Positions 22,225-34,983 of a stretch of DNA of 51,450 bases are shown here, in pieces. Made by a program: the position numbers and the translations under genes. The stretch comes from Octopus bimaculoides (taxonomy: Eukaryota). Within the stretch, counting starts at the first letter, position 1, and every line of letters starts with the position of its first letter. Below the pieces are notes generated by a model that saw only the letters and a program-made list of their open reading frames with translations, did not search any database and was not told the DNA's origin. Location: positions 57,818,779 to 57,870,228 of the forward strand of contig NC_068989.1 of the NCBI RefSeq assembly GCF_001194135.2, in the 5' to 3' direction.

Positions 22225-22680
22225 TAACATGCCGCACATACAACCTCCCTCACAAGAACAATTGGTGGAAACACAAACCACCACAAGTTGCCCAGAAAGT
22301 CGAGGTTACCATTCTTAGGAATTCCAGTGTCCAAACTCATCAAGAATACAAGCAAACTGACCAGATCTCAATGTAGGAAATCATACTAAAAGAACCTTGT
22401 CTTCTGATTGGTGTTGCAGCCTCAGCTGACAAAAATGCATCTCTGATAACATTTGAAAAATTGAATAAATATAAGGACCTGGAGATTGAAATCGGAACAA
22501 TGTGGCATCTTGAAACAACAACATTAGATATTATAATTGGGGCACTTGAAATGATATCAAGATGAGCAAACAGTTATGTAAACCAAATCTCTGGCAGCTC
22601 CAAAATATGTAAATTACAGAAGACCATACTTATGAGTACCTCACATATTCCACATAAATTCCTTTCAATGTAAATACAGC
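22225..22680 (+). mobile_element. REL-endonuclease LINE fragment (R4/Dong/HERO-like), degenerate
   Basis: WWKHKPPQV..VTIL.. and FEKLNKYKDLEIEIGTMWHLETTTLDIIIGALEMI. Homologous to 17400-17885. Confidence 0.75.
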
Positions 22681-22724
22681 TTTTCTCAGGCAATGTTTTT
22701 TGTTTTCCTCCTATGGACAACAAG

Positions 22725-23104
22725 TGGAGGCGCAATGGCCCAGTGGTTAGGGCAGCGAACTCATGGTCATAGGATCGCGGTTTCGATTCCCAGACCGGGC
22801 ATTGTGAGTGTTTAGTGAGCGAAAACACCGAAAGCTCCACGAGGCTCCGGCAGGGGATGGTGGCGAACACTGCTGTACTCTTTCACCACAACTTTCTCTC
22901 ACTCTTACTTCCTGTTTCTGTTGTGCCTGTAATTCAAAGGGTCAGCCTTGTCACACTGTGTCATGCTGAATAACCCCGAGAACTACGTTAAGGGTACACG
23001 TGTCTGTGGAGTGCTCAGCCACTTGCACGTTAATTTCACGAGCAGGCTGTTCTGTTGATCGGATCAACTGGAACCCTTGACGTCGTAAGCAACGGAGTGC
23101 CAAC
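22725..23104 (+). mobile_element. Full-length tRNA-derived SINE family D
   Basis: A box TGGCCCAGTGG and B box GGTTTCGATTCCC. CpG-rich, so probably young. Probable TSD atggacaa(c/a)aa at 22713-22723 and 23105-23115. Confidence 0.88.
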
Positions 23105-23244
23105 ATGGACAAAAATGTTTTCAATTGCATGAATCCTCACCTGTTAGCATTTTCAGACGCAAAACCTTATTGTCCCCAATGTCTCTGGTTGAGATTTGGG
23201 AGCAACTCATATAAATTAAAGTATAACCCACATTAATAATAATA

Positions 23245-23460
23245 ATGATTTCAAATTTTTGCCACAAGGGCAGCTTGGGGGAGGGGATTAAGTCAATTAC
23301 ATTGACCCCAGTGTTTCACTGGTACTTAATTTATTGACCCTGAAAGGATGAAAGGCAAAGTTGACCTCAGTGGAATTTCAACTCAGAACATAGCAATGGG
23401 TGAAATACCGCTAAGTATTCCATCCAGCATGCTAACGATTCTACCAGCTCACCGCCTTTA
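23245..23460 (-). mobile_element. SINE family B
   Basis: Ends ..gattctaccagctcaccgcctt, the reverse complement of the family B head. Confidence 0.8.
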
Positions 23461-23739
23461 ATCATAATAGTAATAATGGTTTCAAGAGTAGGCCATAGTC
23501 AAGTGAGACAACTCACATCAGCCCTTGCTTGGTATGTGGCACTGAGGACTCACAACAATAGTGAAACATCAATGTCTGTCACTCCGAAAAAAGGGATCTG
23601 ATGTAAGTTGTCTCATTTGGCTAGGACCTACTTTTAGATATTTTTACACCAAGGGCATTGAGATTATATTCTGTTATGCCTAAAATAAAGGAAGCCGCCC
23701 AACAAACTAACAACACACACACATCTTGTGTATGTGTGT

Positions 23740-23742
23740 TCA

Positions 23743-23794
<52 letters not shown>

Positions 23795-23912
23795 GCCATA
23801 TATATCTATATATACACACAAAGACATAGGCACACACACATATATACACATATATAAACACACATATATATATATACACACACACACATATATATATACA
23901 CACACATAGCTA

Positions 23913-23972
<60 letters not shown>

Positions 23973-24065
23973 CACAAATATACACACATACATACACACA
24001 CATGTGTGTGTGTGTGTGTGTGTGTGTGAACGTGTATGTGTGTGCGTGAATGTGTATGTGTGTGC
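23740..24065. repeat. Compound (AT)n/(AC)n/(GT)n microsatellite
   Basis: Directly visible. Source of the spurious YIYI/HTHT ORFs. Confidence 0.95.
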
Positions 24066-24539
24066 ATGGGTGAAGTAGGTGAGTTGTCATTTAAATCTAA
24101 ATTTAATTTTAAACGTGTCTTTATTATTGATATCAGCTTACTTGAAAATACACTTCATATGGGATGAACAAAGGCCAAAGATTAATATACTTCAAATATA
24201 CTTTCTATCATTCCCAAACTATTGTTTCCACCACTCAAACAGTCACCCCATACCTCACTCTTGCTTTCCTCTAGGTCTTATATTTTGTCTATCCCATATA
24301 GCCTATGGGATATAAATTTTACTTGAACCCTTTTAAAATATTTCTGTTGAAATACACTGCCTTTCTTTCAATTCATTTTGAAAATAAAGAATTTAATAAA
24401 ACATTTTGTCATTAAATTGGTCTTTGGAACATTAATTAACACGAAATTTTGATGGAAAATTGTAATTCAACTCTTTTATTAGTATATTTCTGTTGAAACA
24501 CACAGCCTTACCTTACTTCAATTAATTTTGGAAGTTATG

Positions 24540-24965
24540 TAGAGGTGTTAGTACCACATAAAATGCACTTGTGTCAGTACCATGTAAAATGCACATGTGC
24601 CAGTATCACATAAAATGCACTCATGTCAGTGTCACATAAAATGCATTTGTGCCGGAGCCATGAAAGAGGCACTTGTGCCTGTGCCACTTATGATGCACAC
24701 ATACCAGTGCCATGTAACATGCACTCATGTCAGTGCTATGTTAAATGAACTTGTGCTGGTGTCACATAAAAGCACCCATGCATGTAAACACAGAAAAAGC
24801 ACCCAGTGCACTCTGCAAAGTGTTTGGCATTAGGAAGGGCACCCAGCTCTAGAAACCAAGCTGAAAAGAAACAAATTGGAGCTTGGACGGCTCTCTGGCT
24901 GGCAAGCTCCTGCCAAACTATCCAACCCATACTAGCATGGAAAATGAACCTTAGATGATGATGAT
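24540..24965 (+). mobile_element. RTE 3'UTR with expanded internal tandem repeat and (GAT)n tail
   Basis: Repeated ccacataaaatgcac..gtg(t/c)cagt units of about 25 bp, then gcaaagtgtttggcattaggaagggc..aacccatactagcatggaaa. Confidence 0.7.
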
Positions 24966-25944
24966 GAAGAAGAAGTTAGTAAAATAACAGTTATTATTAT
25001 TCTGGTGTTTGAAACATAAATTAACATGAAATTCTCATGGAAGATTTTAGATCACTTTAAAACTAACTGATGCCAATGACAAAGAAATATATTTCAAATC
25101 TGGATTCAGTTAACTACACTACCTGCTTTGCACCATGCACTCAAACACACACGCACACACACACACAACACATTCCTACATACAGATACATATACAATCA
25201 AATAGCATATTCCTTTATTCCAGTGGATGATGGATGGATGGATGGATGGATGGATGGATGGATGGATGGGTAGGNNNNNNNNNNNNNNNNNNNNNNNNNN
25301 NNNNNNNNNNNNNNNNNNNNNNNNNNNNNNNNNNNNNNNNNNNNNNNNNNNNNNGACAGTTGATGATAGGGGGGGTACAGGTGGGTGTAGTGAATGGTGA
25401 ACTGAGGTGGAGATGTGGTCAGCTATGAATTTCAATGTGGAATGGGGAAGGTGCAGGAAATAGCAGTTGTCAGGGAAGAGGAGGTGATGAGTGGCAGCAT
25501 ATAAAGTGTGGAGAACAACAACATAATAAAACTACAGATAGAGGAGAAGTAGGGAGATGATGCAAAGTGTGTGGGTGAGGAATGAGAGGGAGAAAGATGC
25601 ACAGTGAGAGATACAGAAGCCAGTTGTAAGTAGAGGTAGATATAGTGAGAGACAAACAAAAATGGTGCAGTCATTGATAGCAAGGGGAAGTGTCATGCAG
25701 TGGAAAATAAAGGGGTAAGGGATGAGATTGCAAAAGCAGAACGGGTGACAAAAGAAGTGGTACCAAAGGAGAGAGATAACAGGTAGCACAAAAACAGGGA
25801 TGAAATATGTGTGGTTCAGTTCTCATATAATTACAGCAGCTGAGTAAACAGTACTGTAATTAAAAGAGTGATGAAGGAATGTGTGTTAGGAAAACAAAGC
25901 TAGCAGAGACAGATTGAGTACAAAGGCATAGTCATAAATGATGT

Positions 25945-26270
25945 GTTTTTAGAACCTCATGTTTTTACTGAGATGGACTGGTCTTCTCAAACATAGCATA
26001 TCATTAATCGTTTCAGTCCTTTGATATCTCCTGAGATCAGCCTTCACTACTTCATCCCAGGTCTTCTTACATCCCCCTCTTCTATAGGTTCCATCCATAT
26101 TTAGTAACTGGAACCTCTTTATGCAGCTGTTCTCATTCAAACACATCATGTGGCCATACCAACATAGTCTTTTCTCACGTACACTACATCTGATGCCTCT
26201 TATACCCAATTTTTCTCTCAATAGACTTGAACTTTATTATACATTCACATTAACATTGCACACCCAGCAG
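25945..26270 (-). mobile_element. RTE LINE ORF2 C-terminal fragment
   Basis: ORF 25949-26221 REKLGIRGIRCSVREKRLCWYGHMM..GTYRRGGCKKTWDEVVKADL. Confidence 0.85.
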
Positions 26271-26439
26271 AGCTGGCTACCTTCATTTACTATAGTATTT
26301 TATGAATACCATAGTAAATGTGCTTTTCAACAATGTGTTTACATTAAGTACAATACAGAGGCACCTATTTTGATTTAATACTGCTTCTATACATATAACA
26401 GATTTTTTATTCAGCCAAGCAAGACACATAAGTATAAAA

Positions 26440-27410
26440 TTATCTGGGAAGGTAACAGTGATGGAGTAGGAGGTGTAGGCATACTCCTTGTGGAGAAATG
26501 GGTGGATAAGGTCATAGGGGTAGTCAGGGTATGCGATAGAGTGCTTAAGCTCAGGCTGGTCCTGCAGAATAGTATAGCTACAATTATCTCTGCCTACACC
26601 CCACAAGTGGCCCTACCAAATGATCAGAAGGACCACTTTTACGATATCCTTCTACAGGCCACCTCAAAGATGAGTGGCAATGACCTCATCTTTGTGGCTG
26701 GAGATCTTAATGGGCATGTCGGATGGCAATCTGGTATCTTCCATAGTGTTTATGGGACCCATGGATTTGGTTACTATGTTACTGGAGTTGTGTGATGCAT
26801 CCAACCTATTAATCTGCAACATTAATTTCAGGAAGCCAGACATCCACCTGATAACCTATCAATCAGGTGACTCTGTTAGCCAGATTGATTTCATCCTCAC
26901 CAGACAGCAGGATGCAGGGTTGCTCTTAATACAAAGACCCTCCCTGGTGAAGAATGCACCCCCCAGTATAGACTAGTTATTAGTGACTTTAGACTTGAGG
27001 CCAGAAGGATGCCAAGAAGCAGACCAATCCAGAAAAGAAGGATTTGAAAGCAAAAGAACCTTTAACAAAATCAAATCAAATCAAATGGAAATTGTAGTTG
27101 TGACCGATACCAGTGCTGGTGGCATGAAATAAGCACCATTCATGCATGGGTCAATGCCAGAGCCTCCTGACTGGTTCCCTGTGCCAAAGGTATATAAAAA
27201 GCACAATCTGAACATGGTCGATGCCAGCCCCACTGCCCCGACTGGCTCCTGTACCAGTGGCATGTAAAAGGCACCATCCAAACATGGCCAATGCCAGTGC
27301 CACCTAACTGGCTCCCGTGCCAGTGGAATGTAAAAAGCACCCACTACACTCTCAGAGTGGTTGGCATTAGGAAGGTCATCCAGCTATAGAAATATTGCCA
27401 GATCAGATTG
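26440..27410 (+). mobile_element. RTE LINE relic: APE endonuclease region joined to a 3'UTR-like repeat
   Basis: EKWVDKVIGVVRVCDRVLKLRL..IISAYTPQV..FVAGDLNGHVG and ..SQIDFILTR are APE-family motifs. 27100-27410 carries the gccagtggc..aaaagcacc repeats. Confidence 0.85.
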
Positions 27411-27538
27411 GATTAATTTTTCCACAATTTAATTTTTTTTTCCACATTTAGAGCTGAAAAAGTCTCAATGACTAAAACAGGTACTAAAATGTTTTTCATG
27501 ATAAAATTACTTTAGCATTTTCTACCTTGACTTATTTT

Positions 27539-27578
<40 letters not shown>

Positions 27579-27888
27579 CAATAACAATAATAATAATAAT
27601 AATCCATGGATGGAATTTTTAAATATTTTAATACAGTGCTATACACATTTCCACAAATCACATGTTTCTTATGATCATATTCCATATTCTCGGGATGATT
27701 ACAGTACAGTACATAGTATCCATGAACACATTCATGCATTCATTTCTTCAGGTGATGAAGAATGTGTGTGTGTATATATATATATACACACACACACACA
27801 TAGTCCAAACTATGCCAGCTTGGACAACAGATGTTAAATGATGATGTTGATGATGATGACATACACATATGTAATGTACACATACTCA

Positions 27889-28076
27889 GAAACTTATTTC
27901 AGTCATTTGACTGTGGCCATGCTGGAGCACCGCCTTTAGTCGAGCAAATCGACCCCAGGACTTATTCTTTGGAAGCCTAATACTTATTCTATTAGTCTCT
28001 TTTGCCGAACCGCTAAGTTATGGGGACGTAAACACACCAGCATCAGTTGTCAAGTGATGTTGTGGTGACAAACACA

Positions 28077-28128
<52 letters not shown>

Positions 28129-28291
28129 CACATACATACGACGGGTTTCTTTCAGTTTCCGTCTACCGAATCCACTCACAAAGCTTTGGTTGGCCCGAGG
28201 CTATAGTAGAAGACACTAGCCCAAGGTGCCACACAGTGGAAATGAACCCGGAGCCATGTGGTTGGTAAGCAAGCTACTTACCACACAGCCA
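27889..28291 (-). mobile_element. SINE family A, young copy (repeated at 28389-28791 across a gap)
   Basis: Complete head, central (CA)n(TA)n and tail. CpGs retained. Confidence 0.9.
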
Positions 28292-28576
28292 CGANNNNNN
28301 NNNNNNNNNNNNNNNNNNNNNNNNNNNNNNNNNNNNNNNNNNNNNNNNNNNNNNNNNNNNNNNNNNNNNNNNNNNNNNNNNNNNNNNNGAAACTTATTTC
28401 AGTCATTTGACTGTGGCCATGCTGGAGCACCGCCTTTAGTCGAGCAAATCGACCCCAGGACTTATTCTTTGGAAGCCTAATACTTATTCTATTAGTCTCT
28501 TTTGCCGAACCGCTAAGTTATGGGGACGTAAACACACCAGCATCAGTTGTCAAGTGATGTTGTGGTGACAAACACA

Positions 28577-28628
<52 letters not shown>

Positions 28629-28976
28629 CACATACATACGACGGGTTTCTTTCAGTTTCCGTCTACCGAATCCACTCACAAAGCTTTGGTTGGCCCGAGG
28701 CTATAGTAGAAGACACTAGCCCAAGGTGCCACACAGTGGAAATGAACCCGGAGCCATGTGGTTGGTAAGCAAGCTACTTACCACACAGCCACGATGCTGT
28801 TATTATTGATGTTGTTATTGTTTAACTTTAAGTCATCTCTGACCTAAAAAGCTTAGGGTACCCAGCCTCTTGGATCAATAACTGGGATGCACTGGGATGG
28901 TGGTGGTGGTGGTGACAATGACGACAACAATCAAAATGAAGATAATGAAAATGAAATAATCCCAAAATTAATTTAC

Positions 28977-29218
28977 CTTGCCATTGAGTTCGAAAGAATT
29001 AAAAATGTTGTTATTCAGCAAAAACTTCTGACACTCTTCCAGTCCAAGATTAGAGCAAGCTGTCAACATAGAAGAACCATCCACCAGATAGAGGGCTTGG
29101 ATCTTCTCGGAGTGTTCCATGTGATCTTTGATTACTGCCAGTAACTTCTTGTCAGCTATAGCTACTTCAGCTGGGTTTATTCCCAACATAATCATTTCAT
29201 TTATTGTTTGGATTAATT
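28977..29218 (-). CDS. LRRK1: LRRK1 N-terminal exon: ELIQTINEMIMLGINPAEVAIADKKLLAVIKDHMEHSEKIQALYLVDGSSMLTACSNLGLEECQKFLLNNNIFNSFELNGK
   Basis: Acceptor ttcatttctag, donor AAG|gtaaat, phase 1/0 matches the next exon. Degenerate ankyrin (SMLTACSNLGLEECQKFLL). Protein-like composition. Confidence 0.75.
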
Positions 29219-29664
29219 CTAGAAATGAATAAAGGAAAACAAAAAAATTAAAATCCAATAAATAAATAAACAAAACAAAATTAAGAAATAAGATATCATA
29301 CTTAAAATACAACAAACATAGAATAATCCTTGTTTTGGAATAGTGGATCTTGAAGAACACATAAAGCCATGAACAACAGCATGCAAACATTATGTTGGAA
29401 AACCCCTTTTGGATAGAAAATGTCAAAGGCTGCCCATAGAACTTGAACTCACATATCCTGTAGACATGACAGGAGATGATGATTCAAGTCCCATGGACAG
29501 CCTTCAACTGTTTTTTTTTTCCCCCAAAAAAGGGTTTTTCCAATCCAATGTATCCATACTGTGGTTTGTGATTTTATATGTGCTTCGAGATTCACTATTC
29601 CAAACAATAATTATTTCACGTTCTCCCAAAGGTTTGTAGGTTCTTGTGGCATCAACAATACTCT

Positions 29665-29955
<291 letters not shown>

Positions 29956-30059
29956 CACATATATACACATATAATGAATATATTTTTATAATGTTATTTA
30001 CAGAAAAGCATTAGGTTGGTAGTATTATCATTAGATTGTCAGAGAAAGTACCTTGAACA

Positions 30060-30720
30060 CTGAGGGGGAGGTCAATGTAATAATCTTAATCCCTTCTCCC
30101 AAACTTGCTGGCTTAGTGCCAAAATTTGAAATGAATATTTAGTTATGAACCTTTAGGTTCTGAGTTCAAATCTTACCAGAGATGATTTTTGCCTGAGTCC
30201 CAATTTTGTACTGGGGTTCATTTAACTGATTTTTACTTTCCCACGAGTAGAATTATAAACTTGTGCCAACATTAGAAATCATTAATATTTGATGGATTGT
30301 TGGCAGCAAGTTGGCAGAATCTTTAGGCGTACTAACAATTCAGCCAGCTTGCTGGGCAGAATGCTTAGTGACGTTTCATCCATTTTTATGTTCTGAGTTC
30401 AAATTCTCCCTAAGTCAACTTTGCCTTTCACCTTTTTGGGGTTGATAAAATAAGTACCAGTTGAGTACTAAGGTTAATGTAATCAACTTACCCCCTCCCC
30501 CAAAATTGCTGGCCTTGTGCCAAAATTTGAAATTAATATTTAATGGATTGGCAGAAGTGGGGGAGAGAGAGAGGTGGGGTACGGGGACAGGGAATATTTT
30601 TCAGTATTTCTACCTTTATATACTGAGTTCAGGTTAACATATGCTTTCCTTTGTCTGAAGTTGATAAAATAAGGACCAGTTGAGTAATAGAGGTCAATGT
30701 AATTGAATAGCCCCTCCTTT
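30060..30720 (+). mobile_element. Cluster of SINE family B copies and fragments
   Basis: Repeated ttctgagttcaaat..ataagtaccagttgag..aatgtaat..ccaaaatttgaa. The most complete copy is at 30295-30535. Confidence 0.75.
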
Positions 30721-31250
30721 GACTAGAATGAATATTGACAGAAACAAAGAACTTGTAACCAGTCAAACATTGAATAACAAACATAGAAGTGTTGATGCTC
30801 ATAATGATGATGATGATGATAAAGAATTTTAAAAATTCATCATCATTATTATCCACTTATCCATGCTTGCATGAGTAAGACAGAATTTGTTGAAGCATAT
30901 TTTCTATGGCTGGATGCTCTTCCTGTTGCCATCAGTCACCTGTATCCAAGCAAGGAAATATTTCCCTATGGTCAGGTGTGTTTTTTTATGGNNNNNNNNN
31001 NNNNNNNNNNNNNNNNNNNNNNNNNNNNNNNNNNNNNNNNNNNNNNNNNNNNNNNNNNNNNNNNNNNNNNNNNNNNNNNNNNNNNNNNNNNNNNNNNNNN
31101 NNNNNNNNNNNNNNNNNNNNNNNNNNNNNNNNNNNNNNNNNNNNNNNNNNNNNNNNNNNNNNNNNNNNNNNNNNNNNNNNNNNNNNNNNNNNNNNNNNNN
31201 NNNNNNNNNNNNNNNNNNNNNNNNNNNNNNNNNNNNNNNNNNNNNNNNNN

Positions 31251-31305
<55 letters not shown>

Positions 31306-31309
31306 AGTG

Positions 31310-31914
31310 AAAGGAAGACTGTATGATGCATATATATGAACAGCAAAGCTTACATGGTAGTAGGATGTGGGCCCTGAATGTAGAAGACCTGCAAAGACTA
31401 GAGAGCAATGAAGCAAGTATACCCCACTGGATGTGCAATGTCAGTGTACATGAGTGCTAATGTATTTAGAGAGAAGTTAAGCATAAGAGGAATTAGGTAC
31501 AGTGTGCAAGGGAGAAGACTGCACTGGCTTGGTAATGTGATGCAGATGGATATAGACAGTTGCATACAAAAGTGTTGATCACATAAAGCTGATGGAACTT
31601 GTAGAAGAGGGAGATCCAAAAAGACTGGGGATGAAGTACTGAAGGCCAATCTCGAGATACTGAGCCTTGTAAAGGAGATGACAAAGAACTGAAATGCATA
31701 GCACCTTGCTGTACTCAAGAAGACCCAACTAGTACCGGTGCTAGTGTCACATAAAAAGTACCCAACACACTTTGTAAAGTGGCTGGCACTAGGAAGGGCA
31801 TCCAGATGTAGAAACCTTGCCAGAACAGACAATGGAGCCTAGTGCATCCCCCAGTCTTATGAGCTCCTGTCAAATTGTTTAATCTATGCAAGCACAGAAA
31901 ACAGACATTAAATT

Positions 31915-31962
<48 letters not shown>
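31310..31962 (+). mobile_element. RTE LINE 3' end with long (GAT)n tail
   Basis: agactgcactggcttggtaatgtgatg (RL.W.G.V), tgtagaagagggagatccaaaaagactggg (CRRGRPKKTW), 3'UTR and (GAT)n. Confidence 0.8.
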
Positions 31963-31964
<2 letters not shown>

Positions 31965-32619
31965 ATATATATCTATATATATTGGGTCATCCCATAAATA
32001 TTGCAGCTTTTTCAATTGCATGAAATAAAAGTCAGAGGGAGAAAGGATAAACTACCTGCATCAATTTGCTATAAAACCCAGGAAGACATGTGACAAAGTA
32101 TTGAAAGCCAATCTCAAAACATTGAGTCTTACAAAGATGACAGAAAACCGAGATATGTGGTACATTGCTGTACTCAAGAAGACCTGCCCACCACAACAGA
32201 ATTGAGATCCTAAAATCAAGGTACCATGTACAAAGCATTTGTATGGGTGCTGGTGCTACATAAAAAGCATCCAGCCACAGAAATCAAACCAAAGAGACTA
32301 TGAAACTTGATGTGGTCCCTGGACTTGCCAGTTCCTGTCAAGCTGTCTAACCCATGCCAACATGGGAAACAGACACCTGCTGCAACAAGGAGAATAGAGG
32401 TTAAAATTAGATGGAATTTTTAAATATACATATATATATATATATAAGGTGAGCAGAGTTAGCAGTTGGAATAATCATCTAAAGGATAAGAATATCCGTT
32501 CTTCCTACTGATATCATTTACCGATGCTATCCCTGGGCATGGGTATGCAAGCACACTATGCTCATAGGGTACAGGTAATAACTGAATAAACAAAAGTTTA
32601 CCCAGAATCAAATTTAAAT

Positions 32620-33100
32620 AAGCAGAAATTGGAGAAAGCTTTTTTGATCAACAAACAAACAAATTGATCAACATCAGATAATTATTTTTTAATAAAAAAA
32701 TTAATATTGCATAACATTTCTTACAGCCATGTCAGCTGCTGATGTCAATTAGTGCCTATCAACTTCAAGCTTCACACTGCAAAATGGTATGATTCTTATA
32801 TATTGAGCCTTCTGGCCTCGTCTCAAGGCTCTGTTCTTTCCTCTTCCCTTCATTTATTTTATTTTATTTATTTTTTGTATTTATACATGGAGCTGATGAA
32901 GCTCCATGTACTAGATCGAATGTGATATAAAGATGGCGAATATTATTTTCAGAATTTTCTTTGTAAGCACCGACTGACATTGGCAGCCAAAACAACTGTA
33001 AGAAATGTTATGCAATGTTATGTTATGTTTTATATTAAAAAATAATTAACCGATGTTGGTTAATTTGTTTGTTGATCAAAAGTTTTCTCCATTTTCTGCT
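32620..33100. repeat. Diverged inverted repeat, arms of about 140 bp (32620-32758 and 32964-33100)
   Basis: agcagaaattggagaaagc..ttgatcaacaaacaa..ttgcataacatttcttacag versus its reverse complement in the right arm. Confidence 0.8.
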
Positions 33101-33103
33101 TCT

Positions 33104-33143
<40 letters not shown>

Positions 33144-34173
33144 NNNNNNNNNNNNNNNNNNNNNNNNNNNNNNNNNNNNNNNNNNNNNNNNNNNNNNNNN
33201 NNNNNNNNNNNNNNNNNNNNNNNNNNNNNNNNNNNNNNNNNNNNNNNNNNNNNNNNNNNNNNNNNNNNNNNNNNNNNNNNNNNNNNNNNNNNNNNNNNNN
33301 NNNNNNNNNNNNNNNNNNNNNNNNNNNNNNNNNNNNNNNNNNNNNNNNNNNNNNNNNNNNNNNNNNNNNNNNNNNNNNNNNNNNNNNNNNNNNNNNNNNN
33401 NNNNNNNNNNNNNNNNNNNNNNNNNNNNNNNNNNNNNNNNNNNNNNNNNNNNNNNNNNNNNNNNNNNNNNNNNNNNNNNNNNNNNNNNNNNNNNNNNNNN
33501 NNNNNNNNNNNNNNNNNNNNNNNNNNNNNNNNNNNNNNNNNNNNNNNNNNNNNNNNNNNNNNNNNNNNNNNNNNNNNNNNNNNNNNNNNNNNNNNNAGCC
33601 ATAAAACTCAAGTTGCCTTTATATATTTATATTTATATTTATATATTTGATCCTTTATATTCCATATTCTATACCCCACATTGGTTCTGCAGGAATATAA
33701 ATAAAACATAAAAAACAGAGTGTTGGAACTCTTTTAAACAAAATAATATATTCCTCTATACACAATCATACAAAAAACCCACCTTTTTTGTATTTATTTT
33801 TACTCGCATATATATATATATATAAATTATACATACGTGCACACACACACACACACCCAAATAAATTTCAGGTGAGTCACCAAGACATGGTAAATTACAG
33901 AACTCAGGAAATTAAGAGTATTCTTTGTATTCATTCATACATTATAACTAAATGGCTCATAATTCCAGTTCACTGTTGGCATTTTGACACCTACTGCCTA
34001 AATCAAGATTTTCTCCATGGCAAATTACAGTTAAAATGTTCTTTTTTCACAGGTTTTTACATATCCCATACATATTTGAACTGACCTAAATATCCAATTC
34101 ACAACACAGCTTTCATGTGCCTCCTACATATTTTGTTCAAGATTAACCAGCATTGCACAATTAGTAATTATAC

Positions 34174-34341
34174 TGGTTTCTTTCTGACAAAGATAAAACT
34201 TCAAGTCATTGTGGCAGGTGTCTCTTTTGCAGTTGGTACAAAATGCTGAGAATAGCCAAACAGCTTGCAATGCATTCATTATTTCACCAGAGGGTACCGT
34301 AAAATCACTGTTGCTGTTTTGAAATTTATTGCCTGAATTTT
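34174..34341 (-). CDS. Candidate upstream exon: ENSGNKFQNSNSDFTVPSGEIMNALQAVWLFSAFCTNCKRDTCHNDLKFYLCQKET
   Basis: Good acceptor aaattttcatag and open frame. Phase-1 donors at 34174 (weak, gtataa) or 34288 (gtgaaa) would fit the 29218 exon. No recognisable domain. Confidence 0.35.
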
Positions 34342-34433
34342 CTATGAAAATTTGCAGTAAAAACAACATTTTTACAGGTCAAGCATATCCCAAATATATT
34401 TGAAATTATCTCTCTCCTCTTTCTTCCTATTTA

Positions 34434-34470
<37 letters not shown>

Positions 34471-34983
34471 NNNNNNNNNNNNNNNNNNNNNNNNNNNNNN
34501 NNNNNNNNNNNNNNNNNNNNNNNNNNNNNNNNNNNNNNNNNNNNNNNNNNNNNNNNNNNNNNNNNNNNNNNNNNNNNNNNNNNNNNNNNNNNNNNNNNNN
34601 NNNNNNNNNNNNNNNNNNNNNNNNNNNNNNNNNNNNNNNNNNNNNNNNNNNNNNNNNNNNNNNNNNNNNNNNNNNNNNNNNNNNNNNNNNNNNNNNNNNN
34701 NNNNNNNNNNNNNNNNNNNNNNNNNNNNNNNNNNNNNNNNNNNNNNNNNNNNNNNNNNNNNNNNNNNNNNNNNNNNNNNNNNNNNNNNNNNNNNNNNNNN
34801 NNNNNNNNNNNNNNNNNNNNNNNNNNNNNNNNNNNNNNNNNNNNNNNNNNNNNNNNNNNNNNNNNNNNNNNNNNNNNNNNNNNNNNNNNNNNNNNNNNNN
34901 NNNNNNNNNNNNNNNNNNNNNNNNNNNNNNNNNNNNNNNNNNNNNNNNNNNNNNNNNNNNNNNNNNNNNNNNNNNNNNNNNNA

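Larger units (their letters stand above)
297..29218 (-). other. LRRK1: Partial LRRK1-like gene (ANK + LRR region; 10 coding exons in window, continues off the left edge; 5' end unresolved)
   Basis: Exons of 242, 175, 192, 128, 221, 134, 170, 136, 142 and 174 nt, all GT-AG, join in phases 0,1,1,0,2,1,0,1,2 with no stop. Order ANK then LRR and motif similarity to human LRRK1 (compared from memory) fit LRRK1 better than LRRK2. Confidence 0.88.

Noticed and set aside
22725-22800. tRNA gene
   Set aside because: A and B boxes are present, but the sequence continues into a multi-copy SINE body with a probable TSD and no clean acceptor stem. The same applies to 15533, 20497, 21891 and 41361.
27889-28794. 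Exact 406-bp tandem duplication
   Set aside because: The identical copies are offset by exactly 500 bp and separated only by Ns. This is typical of unmerged contig overlap in scaffolding, so it is treated as an artefact.
297-29218. Assignment as LRRK2
   Set aside because: No long armadillo region is evident, and the LRR spacer motifs follow recalled LRRK1 rather than LRRK2. A phylogeny is still needed.
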